From: Eubacteriales bacterium
Lineage (GTDB): Bacteria; Bacillota; Clostridia; Oscillospirales; CAG-272
Assembly (NCBI GenBank): GCA_045540755.1
Contig: JAZQHV010000082.1
Coordinates: 125,750-189,749 of the forward strand
Direction: 5' to 3'
Length of the DNA stretch: 64,000 nt
The translations under genes were made by a program, and so were the position numbers. The first letter of the stretch is position 1, and every line of letters begins with the position of its first letter. The notes beneath the pieces were generated by a model that ran no database searches, was not told where the DNA came from, and saw only the letters and a list, made by a program, of their open reading frames with translations. Positions 1-9,611 of this stretch are shown in pieces.

Positions 1-1
1 T

Positions 2-3000
2 GAGATCAGCGGCGCCGTGTGCGACGGCAATCTTTCCGCCGAGAACTATCAAGGTACGTTCAGCGGTACGTCCAAGCTGATCGTGGATCTGCGCGGCGGA
101 AAACCCGTCACCGCAGGCACCTATAAGCAGACGCCTACCGTCCTTGTGGACGACGGCTACCGCGCGGTGCTGACGGGGAAGACCTATTCGCAGGAGTTGA
201 TTCCCGAAGCCCCCACCACCGTTTACGTAGACGGAACGGGTAAAGATACGAATGCATACCCCACGCTGGAGGCGGGCATCAACGCTCTGCATGAAAACGG
301 CGGTACGGTCATTCTCACGGGTGATACCAAGGTCGGCACGTCGACTGCGGCGGCGACCATGCCCGCCAAGAGCGGTAAGGTCACCGTAACGGCGCAGAAC
401 GGCGCAAAACTGATCATTATGCGCACCGTATACTTCTCCTGCGACATGGAGTTTACAAACATGACCTTCCATAGCGGCGCAACGGAAATGGGCAACGTGC
501 TTGCACGGGGACACGACCTCACCTTTACCGAAAGCGTGGTCACCTCGCGTGATGACGGCTGTGTCTGGCTGGCACTCTTCGGTGGCACGGGAAGCGGCAC
601 CGTCACCTACGACACGCACCTGACCGTGCGCGGCGGCACGTGGCGCGCCATCTACGGCGCAAACTACACGGGTACCTACAGCGGTCATTCCGTGCTGGAG
701 GTCAGCGGCGTCGTTTCCATGGGCACGGTCTCCGCAAGAAACTATGAGGGGACGCATAAGGGTACCTTTTCGCTGACGTTTGACCTGCGAAACGGCAAGA
801 CCGTTACCGCAGGCACCTACAAAGAGATCCCCACCTTGCTTGTGGATAACGGATACGAGGGAATACAGATGGACAATACCTACACACAGCGTAAGATCAC
901 CTCTGAAGCGCCAAAGACCGTTTTTGTAGACGGTACTGGCGCGACCGAGGGCGCATATCCTACGCTTGCGGCGGCGGTAGCCGATATGCCCGCAGGCGGC
1001 ACGATCGTGATCGCGGGCAATACCGAGATCGCAGAGGACACAGTCTTTCCGAAAACGGGCGCACTTGTCATCACCTCCGTATACGGCGATGCGGACTACA
1101 CCCGCACGGCAAAACTGCAATTTGCGGCGAACCTGACGCTCGGTGCCGAGACGACCTTCCGCGATATCACCATAGAGCGCACTAAGCTTTCCGACGGCAA
1201 CCTCTTTATCATTGCGGCGGGCAATCCGCTTACCGTGGACACGGGCGTGATCTGCCTCAACTACACGGGCAAGCAGAATCTTTCGCTTGTCGGCGGCTAC
1301 TATAACATGGGTTACACGGGTGACAGCCACGTAACCGTGAAGAGCGGCCACTTCCGCAACCTTTACGGCGGCAACCAGTACAACGTGTTCCAGGGTGACA
1401 GTCACGTGACCGTTACGGGCGGCTCGTTTGATAACTCTGTTGTCGGCGCAAGCTTTAACGGCGACTTCCACGGCAACGTATACCTCACCTTTGCGGGCAG
1501 TGCATCACTCCTCAACACCTCGACTACGCAGGGCATCGTCGGCGGCATCATGGGCGACGGCGGCTCGACGGCGGTGACCATGACGGGCGACGTGCATATG
1601 ACGCTCGGCGGCACATGCGGCATTAACCACAACGTAATCGGCGCCTCGCGCAACAAGAATGCCTACAGCAAGGGCAACGTAGAGCTCACTATCGAGGACG
1701 ATGCCTACGCTTTCTATTCTGTCTACGCGGGCGGCTACATAAACGGCGTAGACGGCAATACCCGCATCACCGTAAACGGCGGCGATTTTAACGGCAGTCT
1801 CTTCGGCGGCGCACACAGCGGCACTGTCACGGGTGACACCTATATCGAGATCAACCGCGGCAAGCTCTGCTACTACCGCAACAATATCTTCAGCTCCATG
1901 TCCGACATCGCCGGCACCAAAAACGTGTACGGCGGCGGTGAAAGCGGCAGTACGGTCAACGGCAGTGCCACCATTGTAATGAACGGCGGCAGTATCTACG
2001 GAGATATCTACGGCGGCAGCTTTGCGGGGGAGAGCACCGTTAGCGGCACCTCCAAAGTCACGGTCACAAACGGTCTGATTTTTGGCAAGATCTCGGCAGA
2101 CGCGGCAACGATCGACCTCTCGGCGGGCGGCTGTGTGGAGATCGGCGTATCCTCCTCGCTTTCAAAACTGATCGGCGGCGGCAGTCTGATCCTTGCGCCT
2201 GCGGCAAAGCTGACCGTCGGCACACTTTCGGGCACGACCGCGCTCTCCATCAACGGTCTGCCGCTCCCCGTGGAGTATGTGAAAGCCACCACCGTGGCAG
2301 ACGGCGCGGCGTTCCACTACGCGGCGCAGGACAACGAGACACTTCTTGCGGACGGCGGCAGTTATTCCATCGGCTTTGAGGGCGCGTATACGACCACAGA
2401 GGTCACTGTCAAGCATCAGGCAGGCTTTACCGTTCTCATGCGTGCGGGCAGACTCTCGAGCGTCACGCCTATGACCGCAGATGCCACCACCGATACCACG
2501 GCGACTTACACGCTCACACCCGGCCTTTACAACGTGACCGTGTATGCCACCGATAACCGCGCAAACTACAGACGAAAGGCGCTCTACGTTGACGGTCGCA
2601 GTGAGACCTATACGTTGACTATGGATTTTGACCCCGTCAGCCCCGACGGCTTTGACTACAAAACGGGTTATTTCCACAGCGACGAGATGATCGAAAAGTA
2701 CTATCAGCCCATGGGACTTGCGGGCTTCAAGATGCCCGATACGCCCTATTTCAACAAGCGCTTCGGCACCACTTCTTCGATCTATACCACCAATGACGAG
2801 CTGGTCGAATTTCTCGCAGAAAAGGCGGCGACCTGCGACTATATGTACGTCTACAATATCGCCACCTCGCCGTACGGCTATGCCGTTCCGCTGGTGCTAT
2901 TTACCAAGGACGCCATTCCCGAGGGCGCAACGCTTGCCGAGGCCGCGGCGATCGTCCGTAAAACCGAGGGGCGCGATATCCTCATGATCAACGGCGGTAC

Positions 3001-4570
3001 GCACGGCAACGAGCCGACGGGAACGGAGGGAACGCTGTTCTTTATCTCCGAGCTGTGCGGCGAATACGGCGAAACCGTTTTTGACGGCACCAACATCGGT
3101 GCAATCGTCGTGACCCCGCGCCTCAACCCCGACGGCTTCAAGGTATGGACACGTGAGGTCGCCGTGCCGAACCCCGTTGACAACCTCAACCGCGACTTTA
3201 TGGCGCTTTCCGCGGCGGAGACCACGGGCATCGTCAACGCATACTACCTCTTTATGCCCACCTTTTCGCTTGACTGCCATGAGGCGCTGGCAAATCCGCT
3301 CTGGTCGGACGGTCAGTTCACCACGGATATCTACGATGCGGGCATCCATGCGCAGACCAACCTCAACGGCCCGTACGACCCGCTTTCGGTCGTGCGCGGC
3401 GATCGCGCGGCTTCGTTTATTGATCCCGAGCGTGTAGCGCTGGACGTGCTGGAAGACCTCCGCACGCAGGGACTCCGCACCTACTATTACGAAACCATCA
3501 CGCGCATGGTCAATCACAACAACTATTTCGGACTCAGCGGCACGTATGCATACTTGCTGGAGATTCCCGGCATTACGGGCGGCGAGAGCAATATGGCGCG
3601 CCGCACCTATGCACAGCTTTGCGGCATTCGCACCTTTGTGCAGACCGTAATGGATACAAACGGCGAGATGGCACGCACCGTGGAGGCGGCACGCGCATCG
3701 CTCTCTGCCTCCGCGCAGGTATACGACGGCGAAACGCCCGTCATCCTCGATTCCGCACGCTCCCGCGCCGAGCTTCGCCGCTTTGAGTGGAACAATCCGC
3801 TCATCGCCGCAGATACCACCGTGCGCGTGCAGGACAACCTCACCTATATGTACGATTTCGACACGGCGGTGCGCTATCGCACGTTGCCGACGGCATACGT
3901 GTTCCCGTCAAGCGTGGAGAACCTTTCCTCCATTCTCGCTCTGCTTGACAAGCACCACGTCGCATACAAGGCGCTTGCCGCAGGCACTACGCTCACGCTG
4001 CAGCCCTACAGCGGCAGCGCAAGCGCAGCCACGCTCGGCGAGAAAACAGACGTGACCTTTGCAGAGGGGGCATATCTTGTCCCCGTAGAGGGCGCAAACG
4101 TATACGTCACCGCACTTCTGTTTGAGCCGGACGTTCCCGATTCCGAGGGCTTCTTATGCTCGCTTGCGCAAATGGAGCTGCTCCCCGTGACCGATCTGTA
4201 CCGCTCGACCGAGAGTTATATCGCGGCAAAGCACGGTATGGACGGCTACTATTACGCCATCGGGGCAAGGGAGAAAGAGATTGCTTCCGTCACGGCAGAC
4301 GGCTTGCCTGCCGCCACCGTGACCGACGGCGGCTATACCGTCCTCGCAACACCGAAGTATTCGCTGACCGTCACCTATACCGACGGCACGAGCGAAACGG
4401 TGACCTTCGGTGACCTCGTCGGTGATATGAACGGAGACGGCAAGCTTTCGATTGCCGATGTGCTCCTGCTCATCCGCGCAATTCTCAACGAAGCACCCGC
4501 CGCCGACGTAAACGGCGACGGCAGGATAAACCTTGCGGACGTCATCCGCCTGATGAAGCAGATCGCATAA
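2..4570 (+). CDS. 5'-partial secreted multidomain protein: tandem beta-helix-like repeat modules + M14 zinc carboxypeptidase domain + C-terminal type-I dockerin
   Basis: The frame is open from the window edge. Residues before the first GTG (EISGAVCDGNLSAENYQGT) align with the internal repeat EVSGVVSMGTVSARNYEGT, so the gene continues upstream. M14 motifs GGTHGNEPTG, NPDG and NLNRDF are present. Dockerin Ca-loops DMNGDGKLSIAD and DVNGDGRINLAD lie at the C-terminus. A terminator follows. Confidence 0.9.
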   Translation, partial: EISGAVCDGNLSAENYQGTFSGTSKLIVDLRGGKPVTAGTYKQTPTVLVDDGYRAVLTGKTYSQELIPEAPTTVYVDGTGKDTNAYPTLEAGINALHENGGTVILTGDTKVGTSTAAATMPAKSGKVTVTAQNGAKLIIMRTVYFSCDMEFTNMTFHSGATEMGNVLARGHDLTFTESVVTSRDDGCVWLALFGGTGSGTVTYDTHLTVRGGTWRAIYGANYTGTYSGHSVLEVSGVVSMGTVSARNYEGTHKGTFSLTFDLRNGKTVTAGTYKEIPTLLVDNGYEGIQMDNTYTQRKITSEAPKTVFVDGTGATEGAYPTLAAAVADMPAGGTIVIAGNTEIAEDTVFPKTGALVITSVYGDADYTRTAKLQFAANLTLGAETTFRDITIERTKLSDGNLFIIAAGNPLTVDTGVICLNYTGKQNLSLVGGYYNMGYTGDSHVTVKSGHFRNLYGGNQYNVFQGDSHVTVTGGSFDNSVVGASFNGDFHGNVYLTFAGSASLLNTSTTQGIVGGIMGDGGSTAVTMTGDVHMTLGGTCGINHNVIGASRNKNAYSKGNVELTIEDDAYAFYSVYAGGYINGVDGNTRITVNGGDFNGSLFGGAHSGTVTGDTYIEINRGKLCYYRNNIFSSMSDIAGTKNVYGGGESGSTVNGSATIVMNGGSIYGDIYGGSFAGESTVSGTSKVTVTNGLIFGKISADAATIDLSAGGCVEIGVSSSLSKLIGGGSLILAPAAKLTVGTLSGTTALSINGLPLPVEYVKATTVADGAAFHYAAQDNETLLADGGSYSIGFEGAYTTTEVTVKHQAGFTVLMRAGRLSSVTPMTADATTDTTATYTLTPGLYNVTVYATDNRANYRRKALYVDGRSETYTLTMDFDPVSPDGFDYKTGYFHSDEMIEKYYQPMGLAGFKMPDTPYFNKRFGTTSSIYTTNDELVEFLAEKAATCDYMYVYNIATSPYGYAVPLVLFTKDAIPEGATLAEAAAIVRKTEGRDILMINGGTHGNEPTGTEGTLFFISELCGEYGETVFDGTNIGAIVVTPRLNPDGFKVWTREVAVPNPVDNLNRDFMALSAAETTGIVNAYYLFMPTFSLDCHEALANPLWSDGQFTTDIYDAGIHAQTNLNGPYDPLSVVRGDRAASFIDPERVALDVLEDLRTQGLRTYYYETITRMVNHNNYFGLSGTYAYLLEIPGITGGESNMARRTYAQLCGIRTFVQTVMDTNGEMARTVEAARASLSASAQVYDGETPVILDSARSRAELRRFEWNNPLIAADTTVRVQDNLTYMYDFDTAVRYRTLPTAYVFPSSVENLSSILALLDKHHVAYKALAAGTTLTLQPYSGSASAATLGEKTDVTFAEGAYLVPVEGANVYVTALLFEPDVPDSEGFLCSLAQMELLPVTDLYRSTESYIAAKHGMDGYYYAIGAREKEIASVTADGLPAATVTDGGYTVLATPKYSLTVTYTDGTSETVTFGDLVGDMNGDGKLSIADVLLLIRAILNEAPAADVNGDGRINLADVIRLMKQIA

Positions 4571-4575
4571 AAAAG

Positions 4576-4612
4576 CTCGCCGCCGAGGCTCTCCCTCGGC
4601 GGTGAGTTTTTT
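4576..4612 (+). terminator. Rho-independent terminator
   Basis: Hairpin CTCGCCGCCGAGG/CCTCGGCGGTGAG followed by TTTTTT, 6 nt after the stop codon. Confidence 0.8.
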
Positions 4613-4702
4613 GTACGGATTTCTTGACCGCTTTTCGTATTGAAAAAATTGAAGAAATGTGGCATATTAAAAGTATACCAATTGCGGTAAAGGAGAAAAA
4701 CC

Positions 4703-7363
4703 ATGTACAGAAGGATTTTGATCATGCTTGTAAGTATGCTTTTGGCAGCTCTGTCGGTAGGGGCTTCGGAGATCCCCGCAGAAAACACCGTATATCTCCC
4801 CGCAGCCGGCGTTTCCACGCTTGCCGATGCCGTTGCAAAACTGCCGCAGGGCGGCACGGTCATTGTAACCGCACCGATTACGGTAAATGCGTGCACACTT
4901 GCGGATGTAAACGGTGACCTCACCATAAAGGCAGAGGGCAACGGTGCGCTCCTTCTCGCAGGCGACCTTGCCTTTGCGAAAAACATAAATGCAAATACGG
5001 TTACATTGGATCTGCCGCTGACCGCGAACGGTCATGCCATCCTCGGCGGCTTCAACTCCATTGTGTTCGGCGAAAACTTTACCGTTTCCGACTCGGTGGA
5101 CTTTTACGGCGGAGTGGATGCCGAGCCGGGCACGCTCGGTGCGCAGGAAGCCAATACAAAGCAGAATGCCGACTATATCACCGAGCTCCCGTATTCCGTC
5201 ACGGTAAACAACGGTACTTTTGGCATCTTTGCAGGCGGAAACCGCCGTAAAACAAACGCTTGTATGTTCGGATCGGTTGCGGCACCTCTCACCGTAACGG
5301 TAAACGGCGGTGCCTTTCACGATCGCTTTGATCTTGCAGGCATGTCTTTCCTCGCAGACGACGTAACCCTCACCGTAAACGGCGGCACCTTTCACGCACC
5401 GATTTACGTGATCGGTCTGTACGGTCAGCCCCGTGCACATGCAAGTTTCAATTCCAGCCTCGTCGCAAGCGAGAAAAAGTACTTTGCCGCAGACGGCAAT
5501 GTCAACATGCAGTTGCTTGGCGGTACCTTTAACGGCGGTGTAGTCGGTGCACAGGAGATCCATGCCTCCTTTACGCAATGTCTGCGCGGCAATTTTACGC
5601 TGACCATCGGCCAGGACGCGTCCTTTGCTGACGGAACTGTCCTCGATGCAACGCAGGTGAAATCCTATGTAGGAGAAAACAAGATTGCAACCCTCGTCTG
5701 CTCCGATGCATCGAAGTTCGACGTGGTACGCTTTGACGTGGTCAACGGCGAAGCACAAACCTATGCAGAGCCGCTCCGCATCGGCTTTGTCGGCGCATCC
5801 TTCACCGAGGGCACGGGCGCGTCCGATGCTCTCACCCAATCTTATCCCCGACAGTTCTATGATCGCTGCATCGGCGAAGGCATGGATATTGTCGTAGGCA
5901 ATTACGGTGTCGGCGGCTCGGGCATTCTCAATTACGGATACGGCTACTATAACAATACGCTTGCACACAGTCTTGCGTATTACGAATCCGACTGTGACTA
6001 TTTCCAAATCGACCTCTGCACAAATGATGCAGTAACCTTGGGCGGAACCTCGGGGCAGATCTCGCATTTTGCCGAAATGTATGAGGCCTTCTTGCGACTT
6101 TACGGCGACCTTCCCACAGCGAAAAAAGTTTTTTCCGTGAATTCAATGCGCTCTCGCCTCGTTGAAAGAAAGGATGGCGAACTTACAGACATCCGCATAG
6201 TATCTATCATGCGCCCCATCACAAAAAAGGTATCTGCCGCATTGGCAGCGGAAAGTAATAAATACACGTTTATCGACTACTATGCTTTGCTCTACGACTA
6301 TGCCAATACGCTTGCCAATTTCTCAAGCGACTACGGTCATCCGAACGAAAACGGCTATGCACTCTACGCTGAGGCCGCCTATAACGCCATCTTCAACGGT
6401 ATAACCGGAAGAGAGAACTTTACGATGAGCGACGTTTACATCTCGGTAAACGGTTCTCCCGACGGCACGGGAACCAAGGAAGATCCCATTTCCAATCTTC
6501 CCGCCGCCCTCAGCAGACTTACACCTACGGGAACGCTCCACGTTATCGGTGAATTCATCTACCCCACGAAAATCGCTACACCCCTTTACATGGAAAAACT
6601 GACCATCGTCGGCGAAGGGGAAGGGGCTACCTTCGGTATGGACAGCGACGTATGCCGTCTGCTCAGCGACACCGTACTCACCGATATTCACTTCACGGCA
6701 ACCGCCGCAAATCCCGCGCTGATCGCCGAGTGGAACAATATCGTGATCACCGAGACCTTTACCTCAACGGACAAGCTCATCTTTGTTGCAGGACAGATGG
6801 TGTATGATGACAATATCAAGCTCACCTCTTACGACAGCGCAGAAACCTCAAGCTCCGACAAGGACCTCACCGTTACCGTAAACGGCGGCACCTATGCGCT
6901 CTTCCTTGGCGGCAACCGCCGTATGCGTAATGACTCTCCGTTCGGCACCTACAGCGGCAACATGACGCTTACCATTGGCAAAGGCGCTACCATCAAAGCC
7001 AACGGCACCAACGGTATCGGCGGACAGAATTATATTACCGGCAATGTGACCGCATATATCAACAGTTGGCCGGACGGCGCACTTGCCCGTGATTATGCAC
7101 GTCTTGGCGGATTGGACAGTAACAGCCGCTTTGACGAGTCAGGCAACACCGGAACAACAACTTTCCACCTCGGTGAAGGCGTTACGGCGAAGCCGATCAT
7201 CACGGGCGACTTCAACGGTGACGGCACCGTGGACCTTGCCGATACGCTTCAAATGTTGAAGATCTACGTAGACGGACATAACGGTAGCGAGATCCACAGT
7301 TTCTACAGTTTCCGTGAGATCAAACTTGTAAACGTCCTCCGTGCACTGAAAAAACTCGTATAA
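4703..7363 (+). CDS. Secreted SGNH/GDSL hydrolase flanked by two beta-helix-like modules, with a C-terminal dockerin whose second repeat is degenerate
   Basis: AGGAG RBS 8 nt upstream. Signal peptide MYRRILIMLVSMLLAALSVGASE. SGNH blocks GASFTEG, GVGGSG, CTNDA and DYGHPNENG. DFNGDGTVDLAD Ca-loop near the C-terminus. Confidence 0.9.
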   Translation: MYRRILIMLVSMLLAALSVGASEIPAENTVYLPAAGVSTLADAVAKLPQGGTVIVTAPITVNACTLADVNGDLTIKAEGNGALLLAGDLAFAKNINANTVTLDLPLTANGHAILGGFNSIVFGENFTVSDSVDFYGGVDAEPGTLGAQEANTKQNADYITELPYSVTVNNGTFGIFAGGNRRKTNACMFGSVAAPLTVTVNGGAFHDRFDLAGMSFLADDVTLTVNGGTFHAPIYVIGLYGQPRAHASFNSSLVASEKKYFAADGNVNMQLLGGTFNGGVVGAQEIHASFTQCLRGNFTLTIGQDASFADGTVLDATQVKSYVGENKIATLVCSDASKFDVVRFDVVNGEAQTYAEPLRIGFVGASFTEGTGASDALTQSYPRQFYDRCIGEGMDIVVGNYGVGGSGILNYGYGYYNNTLAHSLAYYESDCDYFQIDLCTNDAVTLGGTSGQISHFAEMYEAFLRLYGDLPTAKKVFSVNSMRSRLVERKDGELTDIRIVSIMRPITKKVSAALAAESNKYTFIDYYALLYDYANTLANFSSDYGHPNENGYALYAEAAYNAIFNGITGRENFTMSDVYISVNGSPDGTGTKEDPISNLPAALSRLTPTGTLHVIGEFIYPTKIATPLYMEKLTIVGEGEGATFGMDSDVCRLLSDTVLTDIHFTATAANPALIAEWNNIVITETFTSTDKLIFVAGQMVYDDNIKLTSYDSAETSSSDKDLTVTVNGGTYALFLGGNRRMRNDSPFGTYSGNMTLTIGKGATIKANGTNGIGGQNYITGNVTAYINSWPDGALARDYARLGGLDSNSRFDESGNTGTTTFHLGEGVTAKPIITGDFNGDGTVDLADTLQMLKIYVDGHNGSEIHSFYSFREIKLVNVLRALKKLV

Positions 7364-7364
7364 A

Positions 7365-7399
7365 CAAAAACACCGCACCCGTTTGGGTGCGGTGTTTTG
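7365..7399. terminator. Bidirectional terminator between convergent genes
   Basis: Hairpin ACACCGCACCC-GTTT-GGGTGCGGTGT flanked by an A-run and a T-run. Confidence 0.75.
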
Positions 7400-7400
7400 C

Positions 7401-7565
7401 TTAATCGAGCAAGGTATACGTAAACAGTTCAAAATGGAGGCGGGAGCCGAGCGTTGTACCCATGGGGAGCAGGGCAAGCGCAATAAAGACCTCCTCGCCG
7501 TTTTCGTCGGTCAGGTAGGCGTATTCTCCCTCGATGCGGGCGACGGTGTAATCGTGCGGTTCCAT
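7401..7565 (-). CDS. Small 54-aa protein, DUF3006-like, last gene of the lysine operon (below the ORF-track size cutoff)
   Basis: GGAGG sits 4 nt before the ATG, directly after the lysA stop. Translation is MEPHDYTVARIEGEYAYLTDENGEEVFIALALLPMGTTLGSRLHFELFTYTLLD. The (V/A)-R-I-E-G-(D/E) ... E-x-G ... LP pattern resembles DUF3006. It ends at the bidirectional terminator. Confidence 0.6.
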   Translation of the reverse strand: MEPHDYTVARIEGEYAYLTDENGEEVFIALALLPMGTTLGSRLHFELFTYTLLD

Positions 7566-7574
7566 ACGGCCTCC

Positions 7575-8870
7575 TTAAACGTCCAGTTGTACGAGGTCTG
7601 CAAAGGTCTCGCGGCGGATGCCGAGACGGGCCTTACCGTCCTTCACGATCACGACTGCAGGGCGGCAGATGCGGTTGTAGTTGGATGCCATGGAATAGTT
7701 GTAGGCACCTGTGGTGAGCACCGCAAGCACGTCGCCACGTGCGGGGGAGGCGATCGCAACGTCCTCGGCAATGAGGTCGCCGCTTTCACAACAACGGCCT
7801 GCCACCGTGCAGATGAAGTCGGCGGCTTTATCCGCCTTGGATGCGTTCAGAATGGTATATTCCGAGCCGTAAAGCGCGTAGCGCGGGTTGTCCGTCATGC
7901 CGCCGTCAATAGAAACGTAGCTTTTGTAGCCCGTGATGGTCTTGACCGAGCCGATCGTGTACAAAGTCGTGCAGGCATCGGCAACGATACTGCGCCCCGG
8001 TTCCAGCAGAATCGCAGGCGGCGTGATGCCAAGGTGCTTGCAGTCTGCATGGATGTGTTCGCCGAGTTTGCGAATGTTGTCGGCGATGTCGATGTGCGGA
8101 TGCGACTCCACGTAGCGCACGCCAAAGCCGCCGCCGAGGTTGATATACTTTGCCGCAAAGCCGTATTTTGCCTTGACGTCTGCGGCAAAGCGGAGCATGA
8201 TGTCTGCCGCATCGCAGAACGGCTCACTCTCAAAGATCTGCGAACCGATGTGGCAATGAAAGCCTTCAAGCTCGATATTCGCAAGGGAAAGCGCAAAGCC
8301 GACAAGCTCCATGGCCTGCCCCGTTTCGATCGCGGTGCCGAATTTGGAATCCACGCGGCCTGTGTTGATCTTTGCGTGCGTGTGCGGATCAATGCCGGGG
8401 GAAAGACGGAGCAGGACGCGCTGGCGGATGCCGCGCTCGCCCGCAATGCGGTCGATGCTGACAAGCTCGTCGCGGTTGTCTGCCACAAAGCAGCCGATGC
8501 CGCTTTCGATCGCAAAGGTGATATCCGCATCGGTCTTGTTATTTCCGTGGAAATATACGTTTTCAAGCGGAAAGCCTGCGGCGTTTGCTACGTACAGCTC
8601 CCCGGGGGAGACGACGTCTGCGCCCAGTCCCTCGCTCTCAATAATGGGGTAAAGTCCCTTGAAGCAGAAAGCCTTGCCCGCATAGAGCGGTCTTGAGCCC
8701 GCGGGCAGATATTTTGCCACCGCTTCGGTATAGGTGCGGCAGTTTGCGCGTACGCGATCCTCGTCCAGCACCATCAGCGGCGAGCCGTACTCGCGTACAA
8801 GTGCGGTCGCATCCAGTCCTGCGACGGTCAGATGTCCTTGTTCGTTTACCGAAAGATTGGAATACAGCAT
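7575..8870 (-). CDS. lysA: Diaminopimelate decarboxylase
   Basis: Full-length resemblance to LysA, a PLP-dependent Orn/DAP/Arg decarboxylase fold (YAGKAF..., GGGFGV, CESGD motifs). I prefer the ATG at 8870, which has a GAGGA RBS, over the TTG at 8882. Confidence 0.93.
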   Translation of the reverse strand: MLYSNLSVNEQGHLTVAGLDATALVREYGSPLMVLDEDRVRANCRTYTEAVAKYLPAGSRPLYAGKAFCFKGLYPIIESEGLGADVVSPGELYVANAAGFPLENVYFHGNNKTDADITFAIESGIGCFVADNRDELVSIDRIAGERGIRQRVLLRLSPGIDPHTHAKINTGRVDSKFGTAIETGQAMELVGFALSLANIELEGFHCHIGSQIFESEPFCDAADIMLRFAADVKAKYGFAAKYINLGGGFGVRYVESHPHIDIADNIRKLGEHIHADCKHLGITPPAILLEPGRSIVADACTTLYTIGSVKTITGYKSYVSIDGGMTDNPRYALYGSEYTILNASKADKAADFICTVAGRCCESGDLIAEDVAIASPARGDVLAVLTTGAYNYSMASNYNRICRPAVVIVKDGKARLGIRRETFADLVQLDV

Positions 8871-8878
8871 GTTTATCC

Positions 8879-9610
8879 TCAAATCATATCTTGCATGGAA
8901 TAGAGTTCTGCGGGCTTACCGCAAAGCCATTTTGCGGCGGCAAGCGCACCGTCGGCAAAGACGCTGCGGCTCATGGCGCTGTGCGAAACGGTGATGATCT
9001 CTGTGCCGGTTGCCACGATGATCTCATGCTCGCCCACGATGTTGCCCGCGCGCACAGCATGGATGCCGATCTCGTTTTTCTCGCGCTTTTGTCTGCCGCT
9101 TCTGCCAAGCATCAGGGTGAGCCCCTCACGCACGGTTTGAATCGCCTTTGCCAGCATCAGAGCCGTGCCGCTCGGCGCATCCAACTTTGCGTTGTGGTGC
9201 TTTTCAATGATCTCAATATCCGCATCGGGGAAGACCGAGGCGGCTTTTTTTGCAAGCTCGCAAAGAAGCGCCACACCCATTGACATGTTTGCCGAAAAGA
9301 ACACGGGTACGGTCTTTGCGAGATCGTGGATGCGTGCAAGCTCCTCCTCGGTCTGTCCCGTGGTGCAGATCACAACGGGAACGCCGAATTTCTCTGCATA
9401 GTCACAAACAGCACCCGTTGCCGCGTGATGGGAAAAATCAATGATGACGTCCGCGCCGATATCGTATGCGGGAAAAGCGGTCATCTGTCTCTCGTGCACG
9501 ACTTCAAAGTTTGGGTCAATGGCGCAGAGCAGGGAAAGCCCGTTTTTTTCGAGCCCCGCGATCAGCTCCTTGCCCATTTTGCCGAGTGCGCCGTTAACAA
9601 TTACGTTCAT
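8879..9610 (-). CDS. dapB: 4-hydroxy-tetrahydrodipicolinate reductase
   Basis: MNVIVNGALGKMGKEL Rossmann N-terminus and EIIEKHHNAKLDAPSGTA core motif. GAGGT RBS. Start moved to the internal ATG just after the dapA stop. Confidence 0.92.
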   Translation of the reverse strand: MNVIVNGALGKMGKELIAGLEKNGLSLLCAIDPNFEVVHERQMTAFPAYDIGADVIIDFSHHAATGAVCDYAEKFGVPVVICTTGQTEEELARIHDLAKTVPVFFSANMSMGVALLCELAKKAASVFPDADIEIIEKHHNAKLDAPSGTALMLAKAIQTVREGLTLMLGRSGRQKREKNEIGIHAVRAGNIVGEHEIIVATGTEIITVSHSAMSRSVFADGALAAAKWLCGKPAELYSMQDMI

Positions 9611-9611
9611 G

